This document shows, one piece after another, positions 26,129 to 37,941 of a stretch of 64,000 nucleotides of DNA; positions within the stretch are counted from its first letter, which is position 1; each line of letters starts with the position of its first letter. The notes under the pieces are model-generated. The model was not told the origin of the DNA. It did no database searches and saw nothing but the letters and a program-made list of their open reading frames with translations. Source of the stretch: Lepidodermella squamata (taxonomy: Eukaryota; Animalia; Gastrotricha). The stretch covers positions 5,022,001-5,086,000 of the forward strand of contig JBLDXI010000015.1 of NCBI GenBank assembly GCA_047495785.1, given 5' to 3'. Both the position numbers and the translations under genes were made by a program.

Positions 26129-27504
26129 TCAAGATTCAAGAGGATCATACTTCGCTAGAGCTGCCAAATATTCGTCGTACGGACAAAATTCAGAGGAAGA
26201 ACCCGGTAATATCAGCGGCTTGTCGAGATAGGTGACTCTAATTTTGTAGGATTTGTCAGCAGTGGCTCGACCTTCGTGAGGTGAATAATAAAGCTCAAAG
26301 TTGATGTTGGCTAGAAATGGCGGCCATTCATAGTTTGACTGTCCCAGTGCAGCAAGTAGAACAGCGATCGATGCGTCGTGAGAACCGTAAATGAACAATT
26401 TGGTAGAATCGTTGCCTCCAATATAATCATCAAACTTATCTCGAATTTTCCGAAGCATCGGGCCAGCAATCAGCTTTAGCATGCTTTCGGTATCTTCGTT
26501 GCCGTAACCGTAGTGTTCGCGTTTGAATAACAGAGTTGCATGCTTCTCAATAATTTCCAGATGAGGCATCAAGAGTTCGGGCATGTCCAATTTATGGGCT
26601 AAACGGCAAGCGACGTCGTCGCGAATATATTTGAAATCCAAGGATTCGATGCCTAGCGAGCATTCAATTAGCGACAAGTCACGCTTGATTTCTTCAGCGG
26701 ATGGCTCGAATTGTTTCCAATCTCGGAGGGCAAGAGTCTTAACTATCTGCTGGGACTCCCAATTCGGATAAAAAATTTCGTCGATGGAGTTTGTTGTGAA
26801 AATAGGAAAAGGCTCGTCAAGCTCATATTTATCAAAGAGCCCAGCCATAATGCATCTAACAGTTTCAATGGTTCGCCTGATGTTGGTAGAGCGCAAGCTG
26901 AGAAATCGATGGGATTATAATTTAAACGCCATTTTGTTAGCAAACGGAATAAACTCACTAAACGTCCTTCGCTGTAAGCTTTGAATAGCCAGTTTCGGTT
27001 AGTTCTTGAAACCTTTCGCGAAGCCGCCGACCAAAATCGTGCGCTTGCTTTCGGCCCAGATCAGTTAGCTGGCCAGGTTGGCTGCCACACTGGATGAAAG
27101 AGTATAGGGTATCCAATTTCAGGTAATTTATAAAAAAAAATCAGACACAATCTTACCTTGAGCTTTACCAGTTTGTATATGTCCACAGCTTCTCCATGAT
27201 GCTTCAGTGGCTTATCGTCTACTTCTTTCAGAGTGTATCTTGCGTGTAAGTATTCATTCAACAAGGTATCTGCCTTGCTGTTATATAGAGCCTACACAAG
27301 AATCAAAGGAATCATATGACATATAGATTACTATCGATAATACTCATATACCTCATCGATTCCTGGAATGACGTATATCGGCGTTCTTGCACCGTGACGA
27401 CAGATGGCGTGGACTTGGCACAACTGCAATCCGCTCGGAACTTCTGGAGAACTCATATTTTCGTTTCCATTACCAGGAAAGCTTTTCAGTGAGAAGGATT
27501 CCAT
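26129..27504 (-). CDS. ACP6: Histidine acid phosphatase, lysophosphatidic acid phosphatase type 6-like
   Basis: RHGARTP catalytic motif, GQLTDLG, RSTNIRRTIET, the HD motif (SHDASI) and EWPPFLA. Three GT-AG introns join the ORF pieces. The start Met (27504 or the next in-frame Met) is uncertain. Confidence 0.85.
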
Positions 27505-28373
27505 GTTCGACAAATTCAGCTGGTCCCTGGTATGTGCTTTCTGATATGACTGCCAGTGACGAAAATTAGGTAGTTACCTGTTAGTTGCGCAGAAATTATC
27601 GTTGATTATTTAAATCGAAGTGAGAAGTCCAATGTGATGCGGAAAAATGGGGCAGATTGTGCGTGTGAATTGTGAGCATTGAGTGTCCGTAGGGCAACAT
27701 GTGTTTTTCATCATTATGAGCATGAGTATAATCGAAAGCTAATAGTACCTGACGTAAGGATTGCGTAATGGCAATGACGTGATGTGATGTGAGCAATATT
27801 TTTTCAATTCTTTATAAGAAAAGTGGTTTACTGTTATCTGAGAAGTTTTAATGTCTGAGCACTATTTGGCACTCGTGTCGCCGTGACAATGAAAAAGCTA
27901 GTTTTTTAAAGACGCTATTGGAAACTCCAGTTTTACGTGTTATCTATCGCTAAAACGCGAACCAGGCTCCATTGCAACATTGATTTTTGAGAATTTTGCC
28001 TAGAACAACAAACTGCCGTGAAAACCGCTGTGAGTCAGGTAAAATCTAATGCGAAGAAATGACCGGTTGTAGACAAATGGCGAAATTTACCTTTTGGTTC
28101 ATATCAAGGGGTGTTTCTGTTTCTGTTTACATAATGGGGTGCGGACATTATGTCGCTGCTGATTGCTTAGAAGTCTATGTCACATTCCAAGTTCCATAAA
28201 TTTCTCGAACGTTTACTCGCTGTAAAAGCATTGGGCCTATTGTTGGCCTCATGATATTGGTGATATCGTTAGCGTCGTTGAATTACTCGGATTTAGAGTG
28301 TTACGTCCGTTTCAAGGTGAAGTGTGAAAAGTAAAACGTGTCTCTTTTTACCGCCGCATTTACCGAAATATAA

Positions 28374-30114
28374 CCCGGATAGAAATTTTTGCTGCATTTC
28401 TGAAGGCCTGGTCACAAAGTCCCCCTCTGTTCATGAACATTTTCAAATGTTGACGATATTTCCCAAATGTTCATGAATTTTCTGAAATGTTCATGTATTT
28501 TTCTCCCACGATTTGAATGCGTAACATGTAATCAAAATGGCGCAATTTCATATTCAATTTCATATAAAGGGCTATTTTTGTGTTTCCATTCACAAAGAGC
28601 AGCAGTCGAACATCACCATGGGTTGCTCGTGATTGGCGCGTTTCCATGGTAGCGCTCATGTTCATGAACATTTTCGCTCCGCGCCCATGTTCACGTACCG
28701 TGGGAACGGTAAATCTGAACAAAATTCATGAACAAATGTGCGCGCATGTTCGCGATATTGCGCAACCTCGTTTGATCGCAAGCCGCGCACACTCGCGCAT
28801 TTGTGAATGAAATTTGAACAAGTCGAAAATGTTCATAAACATCAAAAAATGTTCATGAACATGGGTCGTGATGTTCATGAACATTTTCGAATGTTCATGA
28901 ACTTTTTGCAATGTTCATGAACATTTGGAAATGTTCACGAACATTTCTGTTTTTAGGACTTTGTGAACCAGCCTTGATGCGGGAACGTGATTTTCCTGAG
29001 CTCTACCTGTGCCACACTGATTGGCGATGAAATCGCATGATTTCTTGTCATGAGCGCATTGCAGCCAGTGCGGCGCAGTGATAAAAGTGACAAGTCATAA
29101 TTTATTGCCCATCATTTCTGGTGGGAGTGGTCGCGTTTATCATGCGCCGTAATGCAGCTCCCTCATATCACGAGTTCTCATCTCCCGCACAAAAATTAGG
29201 GTAAAAGGCGCGAGTTTAAAAATTTGAATCTCTTAGCCGTCATAGTCAACCGTTGTAAGTTGTAGCCTTTCGGTTACGTCCGATTTCCTATTCCCCAAGG
29301 TTACGTCGCTGTTACTGTAACAGCAATGCGGTCCAGCGCGGCTCTAATCTCCTACGCGGTTTTACGATAGCCGATTTATGGTCAAATTATATAAAAATGA
29401 TTTGCATAGCCGGCATTACCCGGGATGACGTTCAATCCGCCACCAATTTCGACGTTTGTTGTAGTCTGCTACTGATTTTGGCGTTTGTTAACCTGCATCT
29501 CTGTTGTAAACCTGTATGGTAGCCCTCATCAAATCCTTTCCCCTTTCCCGCCAATCGCGATAAAAGGTATGGGAACATTGAAGCGCGGAGAAGCGCCCTC
29601 TTCTTTTCCTAATGCAGCAGCCGCTGAGACTTCAAATCAATCCTCCCATCTTCCATGGTCAACCAAGGGGAAGTTTTCGAGAATGCGGGCCTGCCGGACG
29701 GATTAATCAACTCATCTACAACTACATGATACTACATGATACTACAACTTGTCTCCAGTCTTTTTAATTACGGTTTGAAAAAGTGGCGGTTATTTTGTCT
29801 TCCAGTGAAGGGTGATGAGAGTGATGCTAAGTGATTGAGGTTGATGCAGACAGGTGATCGTAATCAGGAATAAAAAGATCTCAATTTATCATGATTGCAA
29901 GTGAGAATTTAAAGCTACGGCGCATGCGCCGTTTTATGACAATTTCTGATCGCAAGTGAGATCTCATTTTCAGCGCGCATGCGCGGTAATGATAAATTGT
30001 TTTATTGCTACGTGCGTTCGCATGATTTTAGGGTAGCCCAAATTCACATGCGCGCGCATTATCAGTGAGAAATTCAAATTTATCAGTGAGAATCATGAAA
30101 AATTTCTATCCGGG
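28374..30114. mobile_element. Non-autonomous DNA transposon (~1.74 kb), CMC/EnSpm-like termini
   Basis: Perfect 17-bp TIRs: cccggatagaaattttt (28374-28390) and aaaaatttctatccggg (30098-30114). 2-bp AA duplication at 28372-28373 and 30115-30116. Subterminal imperfect repeats (gtgaga, gcgcatgcgc) at about 29900-30095. No transposase ORF. The superfamily is inferred from the CCC...GGG ends and 2-bp TSD. Confidence 0.85.
28404..28974. mobile_element. PIF/Harbinger-type MITE (571 bp) with palindromic subterminal arrays
   Basis: Imperfect 19-bp TIRs aggcctggtcacaaagtcc and ggactttgtgaaccagcct. 3-bp TGA duplication at 28401-28403 and 28975-28977. About 14 exact or degenerate copies of the palindrome atgttcatgaacat. 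Confidence 0.8.
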
Positions 30115-30559
30115 AAGCCCCCACTCGTTTAAAAGCCTGTCTCGATTAGAAGCCTAGGTATTTTGAAATTCGTCGATGCTTAGCCCCATCTCGAATAGTA
30201 GCCTAGGCTACTACGGCACCTGTGCTCTGCTGAGCTAAACGGTATTTAAAAACGAAAAATTCGTGAAGCTGTGTAAAAATATGCGACTTACGATGATTTT
30301 AGTTGAAGCTTTCCTTATTATATTCTTAATTTTCAGCTATTAAACGACCTAGCTAATGACTAATAATGAAAACTTTGATGAGTTTTGAGACTGAAAGGCG
30401 GAAAGTGAAGTCAGGTCTCCGTTGCATAAGCCTATCTTAAATAGAAGCCTACTTTTCCCCATTTTTCGAGGTATCATTTTTGTATAAGCCCGGGTTAGTA
30501 TTTCGGTAACTACGGTAATTGAATGATGAAGCGCCAAATTATTGTTACTTGCCACGAGT

Positions 30560-30910
30560 TACCCTGCGAAACCTGGAATTTATCCACAGCTCATGAAAAT
30601 TCTCTAAATGTTATAGAAATGCGTTGGCTACGAACTATCTTAGGTATATGTCGTATTTAAAGTTAGATTGCATTCCAAATTACGACATCCGCTTGATCTG
30701 CGGGGTTGTGGGGGAAGTGCGTAGACTAATCTAGAAACAAAGACTTCGATATCTGGGTCACGTTTTTAGGGAAGACGAATACAACGCATCAAACCTTACA
30801 AATGTTATTCTAACTTAGGATAACCCCAAAAATTGGAATAAACCTCGAGGCGCGCCCAAAACCCGGTGGCGAGACGCAGTAAGCCAGGAACTTGAAAAAA
30901 ATTCGGCATG
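30560..30910 (+). mobile_element. Degenerate RTE-clade LINE fragment (C-terminal part of the RT ORF)
   Basis: Translates as CETWNL...IEMRWLRTILGI...IPNYDIR...RLRYLGHVFR...KPRGAPKTRWRDAVSQEL, with in-frame stops and a frameshift. This matches the RTE C-terminal pattern (CETW, RLRWxGHVxR, RPRGRPxxRWxD). Confidence 0.85.
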
Positions 30911-32343
30911 ACTAAAATTGACAGGCGTGTCAGATATAGGTCGATTATTCTTGACATCGCTATTCACATGCCATTGGATTTTGCATGTCTCGGGTTTACC
31001 ATCGGTTATATAAGTAAGCATAAAATCTTGTCCTCCCACAACTTCTGTAATTATGAGCAATATGAGTGATGCATGCTAGAAGTGAAATATTGCTTGAAGC
31101 CATCATATAGAAAATATCGGAAATTAAACATTAGACTTTCTGGAAGCGCCTTGTTCGCCTACTCAGTAGCCCGATAATGCATTTCTTTTAATTGCAAGCT
31201 ATCAATTTGTGGAAATTCCAAGAGACAACGTTGATATCGCAGATGGTTCAGAGATTGACAGCTCATTAGCAGCCCATATGGGGGCGCCTAGCTTGTTCGC
31301 AGCTGCGGTCGCCATCGACAACGCGATGCCAAAACATGCCGAGCCAAAAAGGTAGCAGATACATTTTTAAGACACAGATACGCATCAGTTCTCGCGAGAT
31401 TACTATCAAAAGGAATCATCGTCATTCCAAGCACCTTTTCTGGGCGTTTCTTAAAATTCAATTTGAGCATGAACGAAAAGCCGAAAGCCGAAAAGTCTTG
31501 AAAGATCGAAAAGATGGCGATTTCTGCAAAAATCGCCGAAATTAAATATGCCTTGGCTAAAGTAACGCGTTTTACACAATTTGCATTTTAAATATGTTGT
31601 ATTTTTCTAACTTTTATTTGAATTTGAATGAATATTTTTTATGACTTTGAACTGGATTTTACCGGGAAATTCTCTCTCGTTCATCCTCGCCCTGTTTTTT
31701 GGTTTTCTGTGGACTTCGAGGTGTCTCTTTGACGGAGTTCTGCCGACGATGTCCAAGTTTAAGTTGCTTAAGTGGGTCCCAGCGGTAAATTTTCAGAAAG
31801 CCTAGTCTACATTTAAGGACTCCCATCTCCACTTCCCAGCTCTTCCTCCCCTTTGCACCACATCTTTTACATGGGCGATCCCAATGCCATCAAACTGAAG
31901 GTTAGGGTACTACTTCTTTAGAAAGTGTCAGTATGCCCAGTCTCTTTCAAAGTTTGGATCTCGATGGAGTCTTCAGTTCATAATTTCAAATTAAACAAAA
32001 GTCAACGTGAATCGGTCAACTTCGGTCAAATTCGAACTTGCAAAACACCCGCGTTGATGTTATCGAAATCATTGACCTGTTCTAATAGCCTAGTATTGAT
32101 AATGCTTTGTTCCGCAATCGCGCGAATTTTTAATTTTCCGTTCGTTACCGTTCTGCAAGTGTCGATGAGTTGCTAGTTAAACGCTGGTCCCTTGAATTTT
32201 GCTAATAAATGAGACGATTATTTAACATTGTGGCTATGTTTGTTGTTGATATAGGCTCAATTTTAAATTTAGCTGCGACCATGAAAAGTTGACAGCATTC
32301 AACATTTGTGGTTGTCCATCATTATAGCTTCTTCTTCTTATCA

Positions 32344-34876
32344 ATGGATTCATTAAACCCTGTTGAACTGCAAGATGTCGCCTATTTAAGCCTTCGAAAT
32401 TGCTGTGTTACAACCGTGATACAACTTCAAATTCACCCCTCTATGGGGCTCCTTTCTCAAGTTCGCCGTGGCGATACTGGGTTTGTTTTAATTTCACCAG
32501 TTCCCTGAGCTCTTTTTCATTCCTGTTTATGATTGGATCTAGCTTTCAATTCCGCCTGCAACCTCAGGATTTCAGCTCTTTTAACATGGCAGAGATGTCT
32601 GTGTCGGAAGTAGAGGTATAATAATGACTTGCAGATGGTGCCGTTGACATGCCTTCGAATTTAGGGATCCAGTGGCGGTGGCGGTGAAGATGTAACTGTC
32701 AATGTTCTGCATTTGGAATTATCCAGCAATGCCGCCCAAACATTACAAGAGCAATTCTCTGGGGCATTGAGAATATTCAATTTATCTGAGCCTATTCAGT
32801 TTTGCGATGGCAACGCCGACGGTCAATCTAATGGTGTTCGAATAAGTCCCCACCACGCCGTTGTTATTATATTGAACGCTACTATCGCTGGAAAGAAAGC
32901 CTTTCAGGAGATCATGAACTCTTTTGCAATTGCGCGGCAATGCATTGACCCCTCTCAGCTGCATCCCAACTTTTCACCTCGACTACTCGCTGCTTCCGAT
33001 ATGGAATCATATCTCCGTCAATGCGGTGAAATGCATGAAGTTATTGGTGCCATGAAATTGCTGCGAATGTTTGCTAAAACGAGCTTGAATGGACTGTTCA
33101 TTGGCGGAGGTACAGCTAATAGCAAACCAGCCCCTAATCAAACTCCGGTGAACCGACACGCGGGAACAATCTCATTATCCGCAGCGCTCTCCTCTGTCGC
33201 ATCGCGGACAAGGAACGCCGTTGCATCAGCTACAGGAAATAAACCGACTTCATCGACTCCAAACAATGCGTCCTCCCGGAAGCACAAAATCGAAACAACC
33301 GACCTAACTGTTTCGGTTGACGATGCGTGCGAAAGCAACGTGAGTAGTCAATCCGCTGCTAATAGTGACGACGATCCCGGTTCGCCGCTTCTCACGCATC
33401 CGCTTCCGATATATCAGCGAGACCTGGAGTGCTTGAAGCCTGGCTACTATGTTAATGATACTATCGTAGATTTTTACCTCAAATATCTGATAGAAAAGTA
33501 TGAAAGCACAAATGGGTCCGGAAAGGCGTTTGCATTCTCCAGCTTATTCTATCCTCAGCTGACTAGACCACCGCCTCATAGCTCAAGAATCGGTGGCATT
33601 GAAGACAATGCTCTGTCGCCGGCCGATAGGAGGTACGAAAACGTGCGAAACTGGGTTCGAAAGATGCACAATCTCTATGATCATGACTACATCTTCATTC
33701 CGGTCAACGTCAATCAGCATTGGGTAAGCGCTCAAATAGTTTCCACGACAATTAGAAAACAACACGGAAGAAAATAAACCAGGGATCGGACTAACGTGCG
33801 ATCATAGGTCTGAACGCCAATAAATTCCTCCCTCCATCTTCTCCGGTTTTGCCAACATTGTCGGCAGCGTTGTAAAGCCTGACTTTCCTTTCCATAGAGA
33901 CCTCAGCCTGTAATTCAAAGCATTACCATACCCTTTAAAGTGTCTCTTGCATTGAAGCTGGATATGACGATATAGAAATCTAAACCTGTCAGATAAAAAT
34001 CCCAATATCCACGCCGATATTTGTTATATATTATTTCACTAAATTTTACACCTGTTTCTGAACTAGAAAAAATGTCGTTTTTTATTTCAGCTCATGGTGA
34101 TAGTTCAACATGTATCTCTCGCATTGGTGAAGCCCAGCGAATCTAACGGCAGCGGAACATCTCCGCAAGTGCCTAAAGCTAACATCGACACAGAATCTCC
34201 GCCAGCTAAGTCACCGGCGATCGTTGTCCTGGACTCGATGGCGACGGCGAACCCGATCGCAAATGCTCACTACCACATCGCCCGCTACGTGCGGCAGTTT
34301 CTCGAATGCGACGCGCGACATCGCGGTCTCGTGCTCGAGTCGATTCGCCTACGTGATGTCCGGCCACGAGTTCCGCAGCAGAACAACGCGACCGACTGTG
34401 CGCTCTATGTGTGTCAGTACGTCGAGTGCTTCCTAGAAAACCCGCCGGTTTTCCAGTTGGTCAAACCCTCGCCAATCAAGCAGGCCAATCCAACGCCCAG
34501 CAGCGTCGAACAACAACCCCCACCGCCACCACCACCCGCAATATCTCACGTGCAATCTGCTCTCTTGAACACCACGCCTGGACCTCAAACGCTCAAACGG
34601 TCCAGCTCTTCCGTTGTTTTATTGGTGCGAGACCCGTCCGACTCTTCGACGCGGCGCATAGTCGCCCGTGTGGACCCCACCCCTTCATCAGCCGGCGCGA
34701 GTGCAACACCAGCAAGCCCCGTGACCCCGGCTGCGCCCTCTTGGCAACCTGTGCCGAATCTGCTCTCCTGGTTCCCGATCGAACGGGTGGCAAAGAAACG
34801 GCAGGAAATACTGCAGCTGATAGAACGGTTGATAGACGAAGCGGCTTCGAAAAAAGCGAAGCTAGAATCTTCTTGA
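32344..34876 (+). CDS. Sentrin/SUMO-specific protease (Ulp1/C48 family), SENP6/7-like
   Basis: DLECLKPGYYVNDTIVDFYLKYL, FSSLFYPQL, VRNWVRK, YIFIPVNVNQHW (His), VVLDS (Asp) and PQQNNATDCALYV (Cys). The catalytic domain is split by low-complexity insertions, as in SENP6/7. Introns at about 32481-32542, 32616-32664 and 33724-34090. Confidence 0.88.
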
Positions 34877-35014
34877 GAAATCACTTAGAATTTTACTTGC
34901 CCTGATATTGTTTGAAGTTTTCTTTCAAAATTGAAAATACTGTGAATTTAATAAAAAGTTGGTTGACTGGTGATAGATGAAAAAACGCGTTTGTTGGTTC
35001 ATTTTTCAATTAGT

Positions 35015-37941
35015 TATTTTATTTCGAGAAGCTATTTTCCATAGTGTTGTTATAGCGCCAAGTTGTTGGATGCCAGCTTCCTCCATTTTTATCCTCAATC
35101 ATAATAACAGCCGATAATGTTGATATAATAATAAAATTTAGCACAAATCGGGCCGATTTGCTATAAATAATTGTTTGTGATGAGAAGGTAAATAAGATGT
35201 AATAAATTATGGAGTAATATACGTTAAATAGACGCAGGTGAAATGGTATAATATAAAGATTCGCAGATGTTATAAATGATGATGGTAGAATAATATGAAG
35301 TGATCGCGAACCCACCGATGGACTCGATTCGCCGTTTAGATCGTGTTCTTCTCGTTGTGTCGTGTTCGTTCGTTGTAGGCGTACGTGTGGATATAGATGT
35401 TCAAACAAGTTTTTCCATTCGATGTTGTCTCATGTGTGTTCAACGTCGAGATTCTTCACCGCTTAACAGGCTAATAAGTCAATGAGTAATAGTCTCTTGC
35501 TGGCAGAGGAAACTACACGCGCGGATGATCGAAGAAGAAGAAGTAAGTTTAGAAGACGAGAATCCGCAGTCCTTGTGTATCTGGACTTATTTTTACACCG
35601 CTATATCATCTGTATAATAGTTATTGTTATCGTTAATTTCTGTAAGAAGAGCAAATTGCGAAAGCGTTTAGGAAGTGATTGATCGCATTTTCAGCCGATA
35701 GTGGCGAACATGCCTGGTTAAAATCGATTGTGCGCGGCAGAGGAGCTCAGCGAGCGCAGGAAAGCACGCGAGATTTTTCAACCGAGACGAGCTTCGTCAA
35801 TTTCCCGCCGCGTGGCCCGAAATCGTTCTCCAACACTGCCAATCCCGTAAAAGCAGTCATCGCAATCGTCAAGAACAAAATCCACGCCACTTCCAAGTCC
35901 TCTGTCGGCCGCATCAGCACAACAACTCACAGCCCACCAATAAACGCGTCCCCCGACCCGTCCAATTACTACAATTCAGCAACGTCCTCCATGAGAAGTG
36001 ACCAGCGCGGTATAGGGGAAAGATTGGAAGCTCGTCGCGATGACCAAGTATTCGATGGTGAATAAAGAAAAGATGGTTTTACGAATACGATATGACTGAA
36101 GATAAACCAGCATAACGACCGCACACGGACTACCAGAGATGATGATTAGAACGCAGGCTATAGCAATGAACTTGCAAATGACAATGGACCTCGCCAGGAT
36201 AACTACTATTATCAGCATTGAAATACGAGAGACGCTACTATATGATTATTGGCCGTTGATACAGAAAAGAATTTCACGATGTTGATAGAAGATGATGAAG
36301 AACTTGTGACAGTCAATCAATCAATTAATCAAGTCGATAAAATGTTAGCTCGCACCCGAACTGGTTAGCGCAATAAAACCAAAACCAAAAATTGTGACGA
36401 CGACTTAGAAAAATCAAAGTAATTTTCTTTTGTTGATAAGAAGATGAAGATGCAGCAGATTCGAAGAGGGAGGCTATTGGCCGATGCACTCTCTTATTTG
36501 TAAAATTTCAATAGAATAATAATAAGAATAAGAATAATATAAATCGGCACCAGCTTTTGGCCGGATCTTAAGTCATCAGTCGATCGATCGGTCAAAATTG
36601 TACACTATCATTGAAGCGGAACGTTTACCACCGGCCGCCAAACGGCACACTTTGATATCGCAATATAATAATATTATTAGTGTCGAATTATTAGAATCGT
36701 AGATGAACAAGCTCTACAAGGACAACTTATTTACGGCCGACCAGAGAATTAATAGGTAATGAATAGCGCAAGATAGCTGATAGCTGATGACATCAACTGT
36801 TATATCGCCAGACCCAAAATTAATATGAAGAAGACTTGACAATGGATGTTTTATCATGATGATTATGACACGTACGAGACTTGTTTTCAAAATTCAGATT
36901 ACCATAACCAACCAATCAGAGACCACGTGTGCTTGTAGCGCCAATACTTGAACGACAACAACGCCATATTAGTATTATAGGTAGATGATAAAGGTTATTT
37001 TCACATTGCCGTAGCTTTTTGTTCGACTTTGCTGCGACTCGTGATGATTGCGGTGATGGTGTGCGCAGGGTGATAAAATATAACAATCAAGTATCGAATA
37101 TAAATTATCCGGGTGTACAAAGCGTGCAGGTAGTGGATAAATAAGATCGCATATAGGTATAGGCAGGTGTCGATAGTAGGTATAAATTTTATGAGTGACG
37201 TGTGCCTTTTCGAAAAGATAGATATTTCGGATAATCATTCAAGAGGTGTTGATATAACGATAATTGATTATATCGATATAATAATAATAGGATCATAATA
37301 TAATAATAATAAGAAAGGTAATAAGGAAAATTACTTGAAATCATTATTATATTATTAGCTACGTGTCATTATTATACGATATAATGCAATAACAAACGAG
37401 ATCTTTCTTGTGATAAGATTTTGATAAGCTGGTATTTTTTGTTCGTTTTTTGTACATAGCGATTTGACTAGATATCCACATGATCAGATCATCGTTAGCG
37501 TCATCCGGCAAGTAGAGTGACTAGCTGCCTGAATAATATGATAATAAATACGAGCCATTTCTTCTCATTCAACGCCAAGTATATATAATATATATATAAA
37601 TCGCATAAATGCGCTTTGTTTGAGATCACTTTGTGTTGAAAACTGGCGAATTCAATCGTCGACTGCAGCCGTCGTATAAATAGAGAGGGTGAATATATAG
37701 TAATTAGAGCATAATTTAGCGATAAATGCCGTTGGTGCGACGATAAATAGTAGAACTATTTTACGCATGTGTGTGATGAAAAAGGTAAAATATTCCGATG
37801 TCAATAATAAAATTATTATCGAACTCAAATAGGATGTTAGTGAATTGGATATAAATATATAGATATATATAGATACGGTTTAGGTAACTGAAGGTAAACG
37901 ATTCAAGTCAATGCTCGATCAAGACCGTTCGACGATGACTT
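35015..37941 (-). other. Probable long (~2.9 kb) 3' UTR of the CELF gene
   Basis: No credible ORF. U/AU-rich on the minus strand. A minus-strand AATAAA at about 35018-35023 faces the SENP polyA signal at about 34950. Confidence 0.55.

Larger units (their letters stand above)
28349..30517. mobile_element. Tc1/mariner-type MITE (~430 bp once the insert is removed), interrupted inside its left end
   Basis: Left end ta-ccgccgcatttaccgaaatataa resumes at 30117 as gccccc. Right end gtatttcggtaactacgg-ta is its imperfect inverse. TA flanks both ends. Internal tagaagcc/taagcc repeats. Same terminal style as the element at 55476. Confidence 0.7.

Noticed and set aside
28427-28945. CRISPR-like regularly spaced palindromic repeats
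   Set aside because: Spacers are only about 6 nt, the context is eukaryotic, there are no cas genes, and the repeats are explained as MITE subterminal arrays.
31660-31980. Purine-rich minus-strand stretch resembling coding or LINE sequence
   Set aside because: Stops in all frames and no diagnostic motif.
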